A stretch of 64,000 bases of DNA from an uncultured Armatimonadia bacterium (GTDB taxonomy: Bacteria > Armatimonadota > Zipacnadia > CAVVLO01). The position numbers were made by a program, and so were the translations under genes. Positions 1 through 9,044 of the stretch are shown here, piece by piece (the first letter of the stretch is position 1; each line of letters opens with the position of its first letter). Location: assembly GCA_963749155.1 (NCBI GenBank), contig CAVVLO010000001.1:128001-192000 (forward strand), in the 5' to 3' direction. Below the pieces are notes generated by a model. It saw only the letters and a program-made list of their open reading frames with translations. It was not told the DNA's origin and did not search any database.

Positions 1-78
1 CAGGTCGCGCGCAACCGCATTGAGACACTGCAGGTGCGCGCGCTGCCAGAGGATGAGCAGGATGAGGCGAAGGGCTAG
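1..78 (+). CDS. 3' end of a gene running in from the left, probably a hemolysin/CBS-CorC transporter-associated domain protein (partial)
   Basis: Frame 1 reads QVARNRIETLQVRALPEDEQDEAKG* with TAG at 76-78. The 'NRI..L.V' pattern resembles the CorC_HlyC C-terminus. The stop overlaps the serS stop. Confidence 0.4.
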   Translation, partial: QVARNRIETLQVRALPEDEQDEAKG

Positions 79-1355
79 CCCTCTGGCACGATATATTCAG
101 CCCCGAAATAAGGCTGCAACGCCTCAGGCAGGCGCACGCGGCCATCTTCGGTCTGGTTGTTCTCCAAAATCGCCGCGAAGGTGCGTCCAACCGCCAATCC
201 CGACCCATTGAGGGTATGCACGAAGCGCGGCTTGGCGCCTGGCTCGGGCCGGTAACGGATCTCTCCGCGCCGCGCCTGATAATCGGTGCAGTTGGAACAG
301 GAAGAAATTTCCACGAATTTGTTCTGCCCGCAAAGCCAGGCTTCAAGGTCAATCTTGCGCGAGGCCTGGAAGCCCAGATCACCCGTGCAGATGTCCAGCA
401 CCCGGTAGGGCAGCTCCAGCGCTTGCAGCACCGCCTCGGCGTCGGTGACCAGCTTGGCCAGTTCTTCATCAGAGGTCTCGGGCGTCGTGAACTTGTAAAG
501 CTCGACCTTGTTGAACTGGTGCCTGCGAATAAGCCCCCGACTGTCCTTGCCCGCCGCGCCCGCCTCGCGCCTGAAGCAAGCGGAGAAAGCGCAATAACGC
601 CTGGGCAGGTCAGAGGCTTCGAGGATCTCTCCCCTGTGCAGCGCGGTCAGCGCCACCTCGGCGGTCGGGATGAGGTAGAGGTCATCCTGGGTGCTGAACA
701 TATCTTCTTCGAGGTTGGGTATCTGGGCCGACACAATCATACTTTCGCGCAAAGCCAGATAGGGCGGATAGATCTCATGATAGCCATGCTTCTGGGTGTG
801 AAGGTCCAGCATAAAGTTGTAGAGACAACGTTCGAGCCTGGCGCCCTGGCCGCGCATAAGCCAGAAGCGCGATCCCGAAAGGCGAGAGCCGCGTTCCCAG
901 TCGATGATGCCAAGTTGCTCGGCCAGTTCCCAATGGGGCTTGGGCTCGAAGGGAAGCTGGATTGGCTCGCGCCACTGCCGGACCTCGACGCTGTCTTCTT
1001 CGGTCTGGCCGATGGGGGTAGTCTCATCGGGGAAGTTCGGAATCCACAGCAGCACTTCGTTCGCCTGGTCGTCCAGTTCGCGCAGCCGGACCTCTTTATC
1101 CTTGCACTCGGCGGCGACGGTCTGCATCCGCTCGAGCAGTTCGGAGGCGTCCTGCTGATTGCGCTTGAGCACGCCTATCTCTTTCGAGACGGAGTTGCGC
1201 TCTGTCTGCAGGTCCTGGACTTCCTGCATCAGGACAATCCGCTGGTCTTCCAGCGCTTTGAACTGGGCCAGTCGCTCGCTTACCCCTTTGCCTCGATTGA
1301 TAAGTCGGGCACTGGCTTCCTCAAAATTCTCGCGCAGATACCTGGCGTCAAGCAC
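75..1355 (-). CDS. serS: Serine--tRNA ligase
   Basis: N-terminal coiled coil, then LIPTAEV, motif 2 FRREAG..GLIRRHQFNKVE, EISSCSNCTDYQARR and motif 3 HTLNGSGLAVGR. Likely GTG start at 1355 (MLDARY) after GGAG. Confidence 0.97.
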   Translation of the reverse strand: MLDARYLRENFEEASARLINRGKGVSERLAQFKALEDQRIVLMQEVQDLQTERNSVSKEIGVLKRNQQDASELLERMQTVAAECKDKEVRLRELDDQANEVLLWIPNFPDETTPIGQTEEDSVEVRQWREPIQLPFEPKPHWELAEQLGIIDWERGSRLSGSRFWLMRGQGARLERCLYNFMLDLHTQKHGYHEIYPPYLALRESMIVSAQIPNLEEDMFSTQDDLYLIPTAEVALTALHRGEILEASDLPRRYCAFSACFRREAGAAGKDSRGLIRRHQFNKVELYKFTTPETSDEELAKLVTDAEAVLQALELPYRVLDICTGDLGFQASRKIDLEAWLCGQNKFVEISSCSNCTDYQARRGEIRYRPEPGAKPRFVHTLNGSGLAVGRTFAAILENNQTEDGRVRLPEALQPYFGAEYIVPEG

Positions 1356-1372
1356 CTGGATCACTCCAATGT

Positions 1373-2317
1373 CTATAACGGATATTCGTCGTCCCCGAGT
1401 CTAAGCAAAGCTTCGATAAGGCGATCAAGTTCGTCCGAATCGGGGAAGTAAATCTGGATTGCGCCGCTGCCCTGCCGCTTGATGCTGATATCTATGCGGG
1501 TACCCAGGGCGCTTTCAAGCGAGCGTTTCAGGCTCATAAGTTCGGCTGGCGGATCGGCAGGCTCGGACTGTTCGGCAGCCGGCTGACCAAGTTTTCGCGC
1601 CAGCGATTCGGTCTGACGGACATTTAGCCCTTTACGCACAACCTGCTCGGCTGCAATGAGCTGCAGCTCCAGATCATCCACCTGCAAAAGCGCGCGGGCG
1701 TGACCTTCGGTAAGCTGGCCCTGTTCCACCAGGTCGCGGATAGCCCGGGGCAGTTGCAGCAACCGTAAAGTGTTGGCGATAGTCGTCCTGGCCTTGCCGA
1801 TTGCGTCAGCAAGCTCTTGCTGAGAGAATCCAAACTCATCCAGCAGCCTGCGATAGGCTTCGGCGCTCTCAACAGGGTTCAGATCTTCTCGTTGGAGATT
1901 CTCGATAAGCGCAAGTTGGGCGGTCTCAGAGTCAGAATACTGCCTGACAAGCACCGGCACGGTAGCTAGCCCGGCAGCCTCGGCGGCCTTCAGACGGCGC
2001 CAGCCTGCAACGACTTCAAAACCTTCACTGGTCTTGCGCACGATAAGCGGCTGCAGAATTCCATGCTCCCGGATGCTTGCCGAAAGCTCCGCAAGGGCCT
2101 CGGGATGGACTTGTTTACGCGGTTGATAGGGATTGGGCAGCAAGTCCTGGGTGGGCATCTCCAACTGGGCTGCCTGGCTGGACTGGGCTGGCTCTGGCGG
2201 GCTGACAGGCTGGGGCACGGCGCTGGCAGGCTCTGCCGGCGCCTGCGATTCGGTCGGTTTGCCAGCCCCCTGGCTGGGAATAAGATTGTCCAGTCCTCGC
2301 CCAAGCCCTCGCCTCAT
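1373..2317 (-). CDS. parB: ParB/Spo0J chromosome partitioning protein
   Basis: RGLGRGL N-terminus, PNPYQPRK, GILQPLIVR, VAGWRR arginine patch, IENLQREDLNP, HTH region, EGHARALL. Confidence 0.95.
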   Translation of the reverse strand: MRRGLGRGLDNLIPSQGAGKPTESQAPAEPASAVPQPVSPPEPAQSSQAAQLEMPTQDLLPNPYQPRKQVHPEALAELSASIREHGILQPLIVRKTSEGFEVVAGWRRLKAAEAAGLATVPVLVRQYSDSETAQLALIENLQREDLNPVESAEAYRRLLDEFGFSQQELADAIGKARTTIANTLRLLQLPRAIRDLVEQGQLTEGHARALLQVDDLELQLIAAEQVVRKGLNVRQTESLARKLGQPAAEQSEPADPPAELMSLKRSLESALGTRIDISIKRQGSGAIQIYFPDSDELDRLIEALLRLGDDEYPL

Positions 2318-3114
2318 CCGCGCAACTCCTCTGTCCTGGCTCTGGCCTTGAGCCGCGCCGCCACTTCGCGAGCGAAGCGCCAGTAGGCTTCAGCTCCAGG
2401 GCACTCGGAATCATAATAAATAACAGGCTCTCCATAACTGGGAGCCTCGCCAAGTCGTACATTGCGCGGTATGACCACGTTGAAGACCAGCTCGGTGAAA
2501 TGATCGCGCACCTGGTCGGCTACCTCTCCCGAAAGTCGGGTGCGCTGGTCAAACATTGTGAGCAGCACTCCAAGCAATTCGAGTTTTGGATTAAGCCGCG
2601 ACTTGACCAACTCGTAGGTTTCGAGAAGCTGGCCAACTCCCTCGAGCGCGTAATATTCGCACTGGATAGGCACCAGCAGCAGGTCGGCGGCGACCAGGCT
2701 GTTCGACTGTCAGCAAACCAAGAGAGGGCGGTGTATCAATAATAATTATGTCGAAGTCGTCCTCGAGTCTTGGACAAGGGCTTCCTTCAACCGTTGTTCG
2801 CGCGCCAGTTCTCCCGCCAGCTTCACTTCTGCCCCGGCCAGGTCGATGGTCGAAGGCAGCAGGGAAAGCCGCTTGTTACGGGCAAACTTTACCAGCGCCT
2901 CACTTGGAGCGGCGCCATCCAGGAGCACCTCATAAAGGCCTGTCTCCACTTCGCGTTTGTCAAAACCGAGGCCACTGGTGGCATTGGCTTGGGGGTCACT
3001 GTCCACAAGCAATACCTTGTACTTCAACTCGGCAAGGCAAGCCGCCAGCGAGACCGCTGTAGTGGTCTTGCCGACGCCGCCTTTCTGATTTATGACAGCA
3101 AGTTTACTAGCCAT
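2314..3114 (-). CDS. parA: ParA/Soj ATPase, split by two apparent indels (~2704, ~2775)
   Basis: NQKGGVGKTT Walker A and DSDPQANAT. The intermediate frame gives IIIDTPPSLGLLT. C-terminal PIQCEYYALEG and IPRNVRLGEAPSYG. Confidence 0.93.
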
Positions 3115-3161
3115 TCTGGATTCTGGTCTCTCCGGGCTTCGCCAAGACTGGGCACGCAGGC

Positions 3162-3190
3162 AGTTTAGCACGGCCTCGGGGCAGGTTCAA
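3162..3190 (-). promoter_or_regulatory. Putative sigma-70 promoter for parA-parB-serS
   Basis: Minus strand reads TTGAAC-17 bp-TAAACT with a TG extended -10, about 50 bp upstream of the parA ATG. Confidence 0.55.
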
Positions 3191-3213
3191 CACGACGGCC
3201 TGGCGCAAACCAA

Positions 3214-3239
3214 GAGGGAGCCCAGCTTTGGGCTCCCTC
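3214..3239 (-). terminator. Intrinsic terminator-like hairpin
   Basis: GAGGGAGCCCA-GCTT-TGGGCTCCCTC is a perfect 11-bp stem. TTGGTTT follows on the minus strand, downstream of the 3268 stop. Confidence 0.65.
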
Positions 3240-3267
3240 GAATAATTCTTAAACAAGCCCTGGCTTC

Positions 3268-3916
3268 TCAGAGTTCAGCTATCCTGAGCAGTCGTGAGCC
3301 GCCTGAGACCAGAACTTCGACTTCCTGCGGTATGACCTGTGCCACCGTAAGCGTCGTTGTGCCATAGGGGATGGTCTCCCCCGACTCGACATATATCTTT
3401 TCGGTGCCAATTTCCAAAAGCGCCGCAGCTCCATCGCCATGCATCAGTACCGTGCCCAGTAACTTGAGCGAGGGTGGCGGGGCAACCGTCTGGGTGATAC
3501 CGGTGCCTGGCTTAATGCCATTACGCACCGAGCTTGTTGGCGTGCGCACAGAGACAGGGGTTCTGGGAGAACCTATTTGAGGCCACTTTCTTGGAAGGCG
3601 TCACCACGAAAATATCTTTGCGCGGGGGACCACTGAGCAACTCGGGCCCCACTGGAGGTGGGACTTGCATAGTCAAAGCAGGGGCAGGTGTACCCTTGGC
3701 AGGCCCAGGCGCGCCTGGCTTGGCCGCGGGCTTTGCAACCTCGGCAGGGTTGTCTACGACTGGCATATCTGCCGGTTTGGTCGCGACGGGCTCCGAGCCT
3801 CCCACGGGCTTGGTCGCTTTGGGCGGCTTCTTGGGCTGTGCGACAAGAATTACGACGAGGAGTATTACAAAGAGGATCAAAATCAACCCCATCCTCTTTT
3901 TCGAGTCGAGTTTCAA
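3268..3916 (-). CDS. Membrane-anchored Pro/Lys-rich protein with a C-terminal PilP/GspC-like beta domain (frameshift ~3575)
   Basis: TTG start at 3916 after GAGGAGG, N-terminal TM helix, Pro-rich linker, then LKLLGTVL..GAAALLEIG..IYVESGETI in the next frame. Confidence 0.55.
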
Positions 3917-4043
3917 GGAAACCCCTCCTCTGTTGCCTGCAGGCACTAGTGCGTATCCTGGAGCGGACTGACAATATCTTGTGCTGATTCAATCATCTAT
4001 TAGTATAGCACGAGTGCGCGAGTTCCTTCTTGCTAGCAGAAAT

Positions 4044-5003
4044 CTAATCCAAACAAATTTCGGCATCCGGGTATCCAAATTCGTTACGAACCTGCAACAT
4101 CACGTCGTAATTGGCCAGCGGAACGCCCCGGAAGATGCAGTTACTCGTTGCGAAAACATAGCCCCCCTGCGCCACGCCGCCATATTTGAGACAGTAGAGC
4201 GAACTCTGGCGGATTTGCTCCGGACTTCCATCCTGCACCCAGGCGCAGTTGACATTGCCAATCAGCGCCACCTGGTCGCCATAAAGTTCTTTCACAATTT
4301 TGATATCTACGCCGGCCATCGGGTCGATAGAGTGCAAGGCGTGAGGCCCTGCCTCCACCAGTTGGTCGATAATGGGCATTATGTCGCCATCGGTATGCTT
4401 AACTACATACAAACCCATATCCTTCATTGCGGTAATCTGGCGAGTCAGGTAAGGCGTGACGAACTCGCGGAACATATTGGGGCTGAGGAAGGGCCCATCA
4501 TTGAAGCAATAATCGGCGCACATAAATACAACTTCTGCGCCCGCTTCGCGCAGGGCTTTGGCATGATTGATAGCGGCTTCAGTTTGGCGTTCGGCGGCCT
4601 CGTGGACTTCCTCGGGCCGGTCGGCGATCCAGGTGACGAAATCCATCATCTGAGAGCCAGAGGGGATCGAGAAAGTGCCATCGACGAAACCGTTGAAGGC
4701 ATAGGTATCGCCGGCCAGCTCGCGCAGATAACCGAAAGTTGCCTGCTGATCTTCCATCGGCAACCAGTGCGTGCCGACCAGAGTGCAGTATTTGTAGGTT
4801 TCGGCGATCTTCACGAGCAATTCGGCGTTATGCTTCAGCATATCCTGGCGCTCTGAACCGGTTTTGCCTTCCAGCAAGGCGCCATTAAGCAGAGGCTCAC
4901 CAAAAGCTTCCTCGGCAAGTTGAAACTCAAGTTCGAGATGGGGCACCAGGCCCTCGGGACGCTCGCGGCGAAGCGCGGCAAAAAACTGTTCGCGGGGAGT
5001 CAT
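4044..5003 (-). CDS. Uroporphyrinogen decarboxylase/MtaA-CmuA (CIMS-like) family protein
   Basis: MTPREQF start after GAGGAG. Motifs ADYCFNDGPFLSP..FREFVTPY, KHTDG, IDPMAGVD, LIGNV, GGYVFATSN. Confidence 0.85.
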   Translation of the reverse strand: MTPREQFFAALRRERPEGLVPHLELEFQLAEEAFGEPLLNGALLEGKTGSERQDMLKHNAELLVKIAETYKYCTLVGTHWLPMEDQQATFGYLRELAGDTYAFNGFVDGTFSIPSGSQMMDFVTWIADRPEEVHEAAERQTEAAINHAKALREAGAEVVFMCADYCFNDGPFLSPNMFREFVTPYLTRQITAMKDMGLYVVKHTDGDIMPIIDQLVEAGPHALHSIDPMAGVDIKIVKELYGDQVALIGNVNCAWVQDGSPEQIRQSSLYCLKYGGVAQGGYVFATSNCIFRGVPLANYDVMLQVRNEFGYPDAEICLD

Positions 5004-5083
5004 TGGGCACTCTCTCCTCTTCAGATAATGGGCGCAGCGCGCCACGAGCGCATCTTAGCACGCCGAGGCCTGCGCCGCACCCG

Positions 5084-5443
5084 TTAAAAACATTCTCTGA
5101 GCAGAGAAAGCCATTTTGCATTGACCGAATGACGATTGCCTGTCGACCAGAGCAGAGGCTCGCGTTTGGCGACGCCTACTTTGCGATTGATTTGGGCGGT
5201 ACAGGCAGCCAGGTTGCGGCTGTCGAAGTCGGGCAGGCCGGTTTCAAGCCCAAGTAATTCTTCGAGCTGGCGCCTGTCGAGAGCGCCGTACCAGGCAAGC
5301 AGGCGCAGGCAGGCGCGCTCGACAACGGTAGAGTCCTCGAGAAACTGTTCAAGCGCCTCGCGTGTCCAGGGCTCCAGCGAGCGCAGGCGCAGTTCACTGT
5401 CCACCCCGGCTCGGGCAGGATGCTGGTGTTCAGGATATGCCAT
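5084..5443 (-). CDS. Hypothetical protein, possibly winged-helix-like
   Basis: 119-aa ORF filling the gap between the repeat cluster and the URO-D gene. No recognisable motif. Confidence 0.4.
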   Translation of the reverse strand: MAYPEHQHPARAGVDSELRLRSLEPWTREALEQFLEDSTVVERACLRLLAWYGALDRRQLEELLGLETGLPDFDSRNLAACTAQINRKVGVAKREPLLWSTGNRHSVNAKWLSLLRECF

Positions 5444-5484
5444 TTGAAGTAGCTATCGGTAAAATCAAGACAGGGCTTTACTTC

Positions 5485-5790
5485 ACAGGGGGAAGTTCCC
5501 CCTGTACCCCCAATCTCGCTTCGCGCCGAAGGCCAAGTATGGGAGGTGCAGGGGCGACACGCCCCCTGCGCTTTTCCGTCTTTCGTCTTACGCTTTGCTT
5601 TTTGCTTTTCCAACAAAAAGGCGGGCATCAGCCCGTCCTTGTTTTTTTCTTGGCTCCGCGCTGGTTTCGGGAGCAAAGACTCCCGAAACATCAAAGACTG
5701 AAGAGCGCGGGGGCATGTTGCCCCCACTCCCCCCAATTCGCTTCGCGCCGAAGGCCAAATATGGAGGTGCAGGAGGTACAACCTCCTGCG
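5485..5790. repeat. Cluster of two REPIN-like units (5485-5570, 5707-5790) with intervening hairpins
   Basis: Both units are hairpin-CCCCAAT(C)TCGCTTCGCGCCGAAGGCCAARTATG(G)GAGGT-GCAGG hairpin. An extra perfect stem GTTTCGGGAG/CTCCCGAAAC lies at 5664-5689. Confidence 0.8.
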
Positions 5791-5794
5791 TTTT

Positions 5795-6474
5795 TCAGGC
5801 TGTTAAGCAGAAAACAGCGAGTGGGCACTTGCCACACAGGGGCGCAGGGGCTTTGCACAAGGTGCGGCCGAGTGAGATAAGATTGATGTGGAACTCAAAT
5901 AGCCGCTCCGATGGCACGCTAGCCCCCAGTAGTCTCGAAATCTGGTCCGGAGTAGCCTTCTCCGGTGCCCAGCCTAGTCGCTTGGTGACTCGTTCGATAT
6001 GGGTATCAACAGGCATCACAGGCTTGCCAAAGCAGAAGAGTAAAACGCAAGCGGCGGTCTTGCGACCGATACCGGGCAGGCTGAGCAGGTAGTCCAGCGC
6101 TTCTTCCAGCGGGAGAGTCTCGAGCCGCGCAAGGTCCAGGCTTCCCTCGCGCTGCTTTATTTGAGCAAGCACAGCTTTCATACGCGCAGTGCGAGTGGGA
6201 GCCAGTCCCGCAACCCGTATGCACTCTTCGATGGACTCCTCCGGCGCTGCCAGCACTTCTTCCCAGGTGGGGAAGGCTGCGCGCAAAGAGTGCCAGGCGC
6301 GGTCTCGGTTCACATCATTGGTATTTTGGGAAAGCAAAGTCAGTAGCAACTCGTCCAGGGGAAGCCGGCGAGGCAGGGGAGGGTCCGGTCGAACAACTCG
6401 GCAAGCGCCTCGAGGGCGAAAGAGAGTTGCTCCACTGGCGGAGGAGGCAGTTCGGTCTGATGCCTGTCAGGCAT
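5795..6474 (-). CDS. nth: Endonuclease III / HhH-GPD glycosylase with 4Fe-4S motif (frameshift ~6390)
   Basis: LLSQNT, LPGIGRKTA HhH, PVDTHIER, C-x6-C-x2-C-x5-C (LCKAPAPLCGKCPLAVFC). The ATG at 6474 is in a different frame from the body. Confidence 0.9.
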
Positions 6475-6480
6475 CGCGCG

Positions 6481-7885
6481 CTAGAGCTCCATCTTGGGAT
6501 AGATGGCGCGCTGGCGAGTGTCAACCTGAAGGCCGGTAGAGCCAATCTGGAAGCGCCGCACGTCGCGGTTGTGCTGGCTGCCGCGCATCTTGGGCACCGC
6601 GACGCCGCTCTTGATTTGGCTGCCTACCTCGGTGTGACGCAGGGTGATGATTGTGTCCATCACGAAGGCTATCTTCGCCTCGGTGGCGCTGAGGATTTCC
6701 GTCGAATTGGGCAGGCTGTCAATCAGCAGTTGCGTGACCCCTTGGGCGCGCGCGTAGCCGGTGAAGGAGAAAATCAACTCCTTGAATTTCTGCTCGTCAG
6801 GTTCTCCCGGGCGCAATTCTTCGAGGCTGTCGATGACCAGGCGCTTGTACGGGCGCTGCTCGCAGGCCTGACGTATGCGGTGAGTCACTTCATACGGGTC
6901 AAGATTCGACCATCGGCACGTACATTATGTCGACCTGGTCTTCAGGCAGCGGATTTTCGGTCTTGATAGCCATGGCCCGGGCCTTTTCGGGGCTCTCAAC
7001 AAAGGTCACCAGCAGGCCAGGCTGCTTGAGCCGCGCGCCTACTGACAAGAAGGAGATGCCCAGCAAGCTCTTGCCAGTGCCCGCGCTGCCCGCCACAAGG
7101 CAGCAAGTGCCCTGCAGAAGGCCGCCATAGAGCATCTCGTCGAGGCCTTCCACCCCAGTTTCGTAGCGTTGATCCTCGGGCAGGTCGGGTTCTTCGCCCA
7201 GCACTTTCAGCCTGTTGGGGAAGACTTCAACCCCAGTCGAGCTGATTTTCATCGAGTGCAGGCCGTAAAGGAAATCCTGGCCGCGCGCTTTTACTACCTG
7301 CAATTTACGGCCGCGAGACTGGTCGGGCAGGAAGGAGACGCGCACGCAACTGTCCACGACATATTCCTCGAAGGACAGCTCCTCGGTCGACAGGCCTTTT
7401 ACCTCTTTGGTTAGCAGCGCGGTAAAGCCTGCATTGCGCAATCGGTTGGTGAGCGCGTTGAATAATTCGCGGTGGTTGGCGCTAGACTCGGCAACCCGCT
7501 CGAAGTGAGAGACGCTGTCCACAAGGATGCGCTTGGCTTCCATATCAAGGGCCATCTTGTAGATGGCGCCGGTGCTGCTGGTCATCTGCTCCTGGAAGAC
7601 TTTGGGCGAGGTTGAGATGAGCCTGAGCTTGCCGCTGTCTATAAGCGATTGAAGGTCCCAGCCAAAATTGGCCGCATCGGCGATCATACGCTGCGGCATT
7701 TCTTCGAAAGTCACGATAAGCGCTGGCTCGTTGGAATCTACCACGCCGTGATAGATCATCTGGAGGCCCAGTGTTGTTTTTCCAGTACCCGGAGAGCCTT
7801 CAATCAGGACGGCATGGCCTTGGCCAAGCCCCCCAAGTAATACTTCATCAAGTCCGGGCACACCGGTTGCTACTTGCTCAGGCAC
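6481..7885 (-). CDS. KaiC-family double-domain RecA-like ATPase (frameshift ~6905)
   Basis: Domain 1 has TGVPGLDEVLLGG, GSPGTGKT, TFEE and VVKARG. Domain 2 has TGVEGLDEMLYGG, GSAGTGKS, LVIDS and VPKMRGS. Removing one A restores ..MVDLDPYEVTHR. Confidence 0.88.
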
Positions 7886-7909
7886 GTAGAAAGTCTCTCC
7901 CTGGCGTTA

Positions 7910-8206
7910 TCAAGTCTTTATGGTCTGGAGACTCACGAATAAGGGCTCCACAAGCCGTTCATCCAGAACCGGGTTCGCTAAACTATAGATTAAGTTATCA
8001 TCGGTTCCTGCGCTCTGCAAGACACCCTTATCACAAAGTATATCTAATACAGGCCGAAGTTCAGCCACAGTTACGCCTAACCAGACAGCAAATCCTTTGG
8101 CATCGTCAAAAACCCAGGGATTTTCGGCCAAATAATCAAGTACCGAGGCGCCCAGGGTGCCACGAACTTTTTCTCTTGCCTGGTCTGCCAGCTCGCTAAT
8201 CTGCAT
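7910..8206 (-). CDS. Small winged-helix-like protein
   Basis: ATG at 8206 after GGGGAGG. VLDYLAENP..FAVWLG...LRPVLDILCDKGVL...IYSL fits a wHTH pattern. Confidence 0.6.
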   Translation of the reverse strand: MQISELADQAREKVRGTLGASVLDYLAENPWVFDDAKGFAVWLGVTVAELRPVLDILCDKGVLQSAGTDDNLIYSLANPVLDERLVEPLFVSLQTIKT

Positions 8207-8228
8207 CGAGCCGTGTGCCTCCCCTGGC

Positions 8229-9011
8229 CTACTCCAGCGCACTACCCAGACCTAACAAGCAAGCCTCGGCGGTATCGAAGGGGGTCTCGCCAAGCTGCCA
8301 CAGGTCGATAATCAAGGGCCCAGTGAAACCTGCTTCCTGGAGCGCCTGCACAGCGCCGCGCAAGGGCAAATCACCTGTGCCAGGCACAAGATGCTTGTGG
8401 ATACCCATCGCCAAATCAGTAATATGGCAGTGAAAAAGATGCCCCTGAAGCTGTGAAAGACTCTCGAAGGGGTCTGTTTCGGTCAGCCAGAGATGCCCAA
8501 TATCGGCATTGACGCCCAGATTGGCGTCTCCGAGTGCTTCCATCAAGGCCAGGCAGTCGGCGGCAGTCTCGATAGTAAGGCCAGGTTCAGGCTCTACGGC
8601 AAGTTTCACCTGTAATCTGGCAGCCGCCTGAGCCAACTCGTGTAGAGCCTCCCAGGTTGATTCGCGAAGCTCACTTCGGTCGCGGTCTGTATAAGAGGGC
8701 GAAGAAACAACCAGCGTGCGGCTGGGGGTGTGGGCAGCCAGGGGCAAGGCGCGCAGCAATTCATCATAAGTAAGAGAACTGCTCACATAATCGCCATGGT
8801 GTGAAACCGACCAGATCTCACACCCTTCACCTTCGAGCTGCCAGGTGCATTCGCTGGTAGCCAGGCACTCTCGCCCTGCGCCGGAATCTACGCAAAGCTC
8901 GAGGGCGCGAAATCCCATACGCCCGAGCCGGCGCTGCGTTTCTTCAATCGGCAACACGCCAAAGCCCTGGCTCCGGAACCCTGGTACCACGACTCGCTTC
9001 CCCCCCGGCAA
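8229..9011 (-). CDS. Sugar phosphate isomerase/epimerase (xylose isomerase-like TIM barrel)
   Basis: LAVEPEPG, NADIGH, HCHITD, HLVPGTGD, GFTGPLII motifs. Start uncertain. Confidence 0.85.
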   Translation of the reverse strand: MPGGKRVVVPGFRSQGFGVLPIEETQRRLGRMGFRALELCVDSGAGRECLATSECTWQLEGEGCEIWSVSHHGDYVSSSLTYDELLRALPLAAHTPSRTLVVSSPSYTDRDRSELRESTWEALHELAQAAARLQVKLAVEPEPGLTIETAADCLALMEALGDANLGVNADIGHLWLTETDPFESLSQLQGHLFHCHITDLAMGIHKHLVPGTGDLPLRGAVQALQEAGFTGPLIIDLWQLGETPFDTAEACLLGLGSALE

Positions 9012-9044
9012 GCTACTTGCGGCATGGTCCTTTACGGCAGACAG

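Noticed and set aside
1373..3200. parS sites or oriC near parAB
   Set aside because: I saw no TGTTTCACGTGAAACA-like palindrome or DnaA-box cluster by eye.
5485..5790. CRISPR array interpretation of the repeat clusters (also 55650-58983)
   Set aside because: Each has only two long degenerate units, there is no regular repeat-spacer periodicity, and there are no cas genes.
6481..7885. Circadian clock locus
   Set aside because: There is no kaiA or kaiB, and the CII phosphosites are absent.
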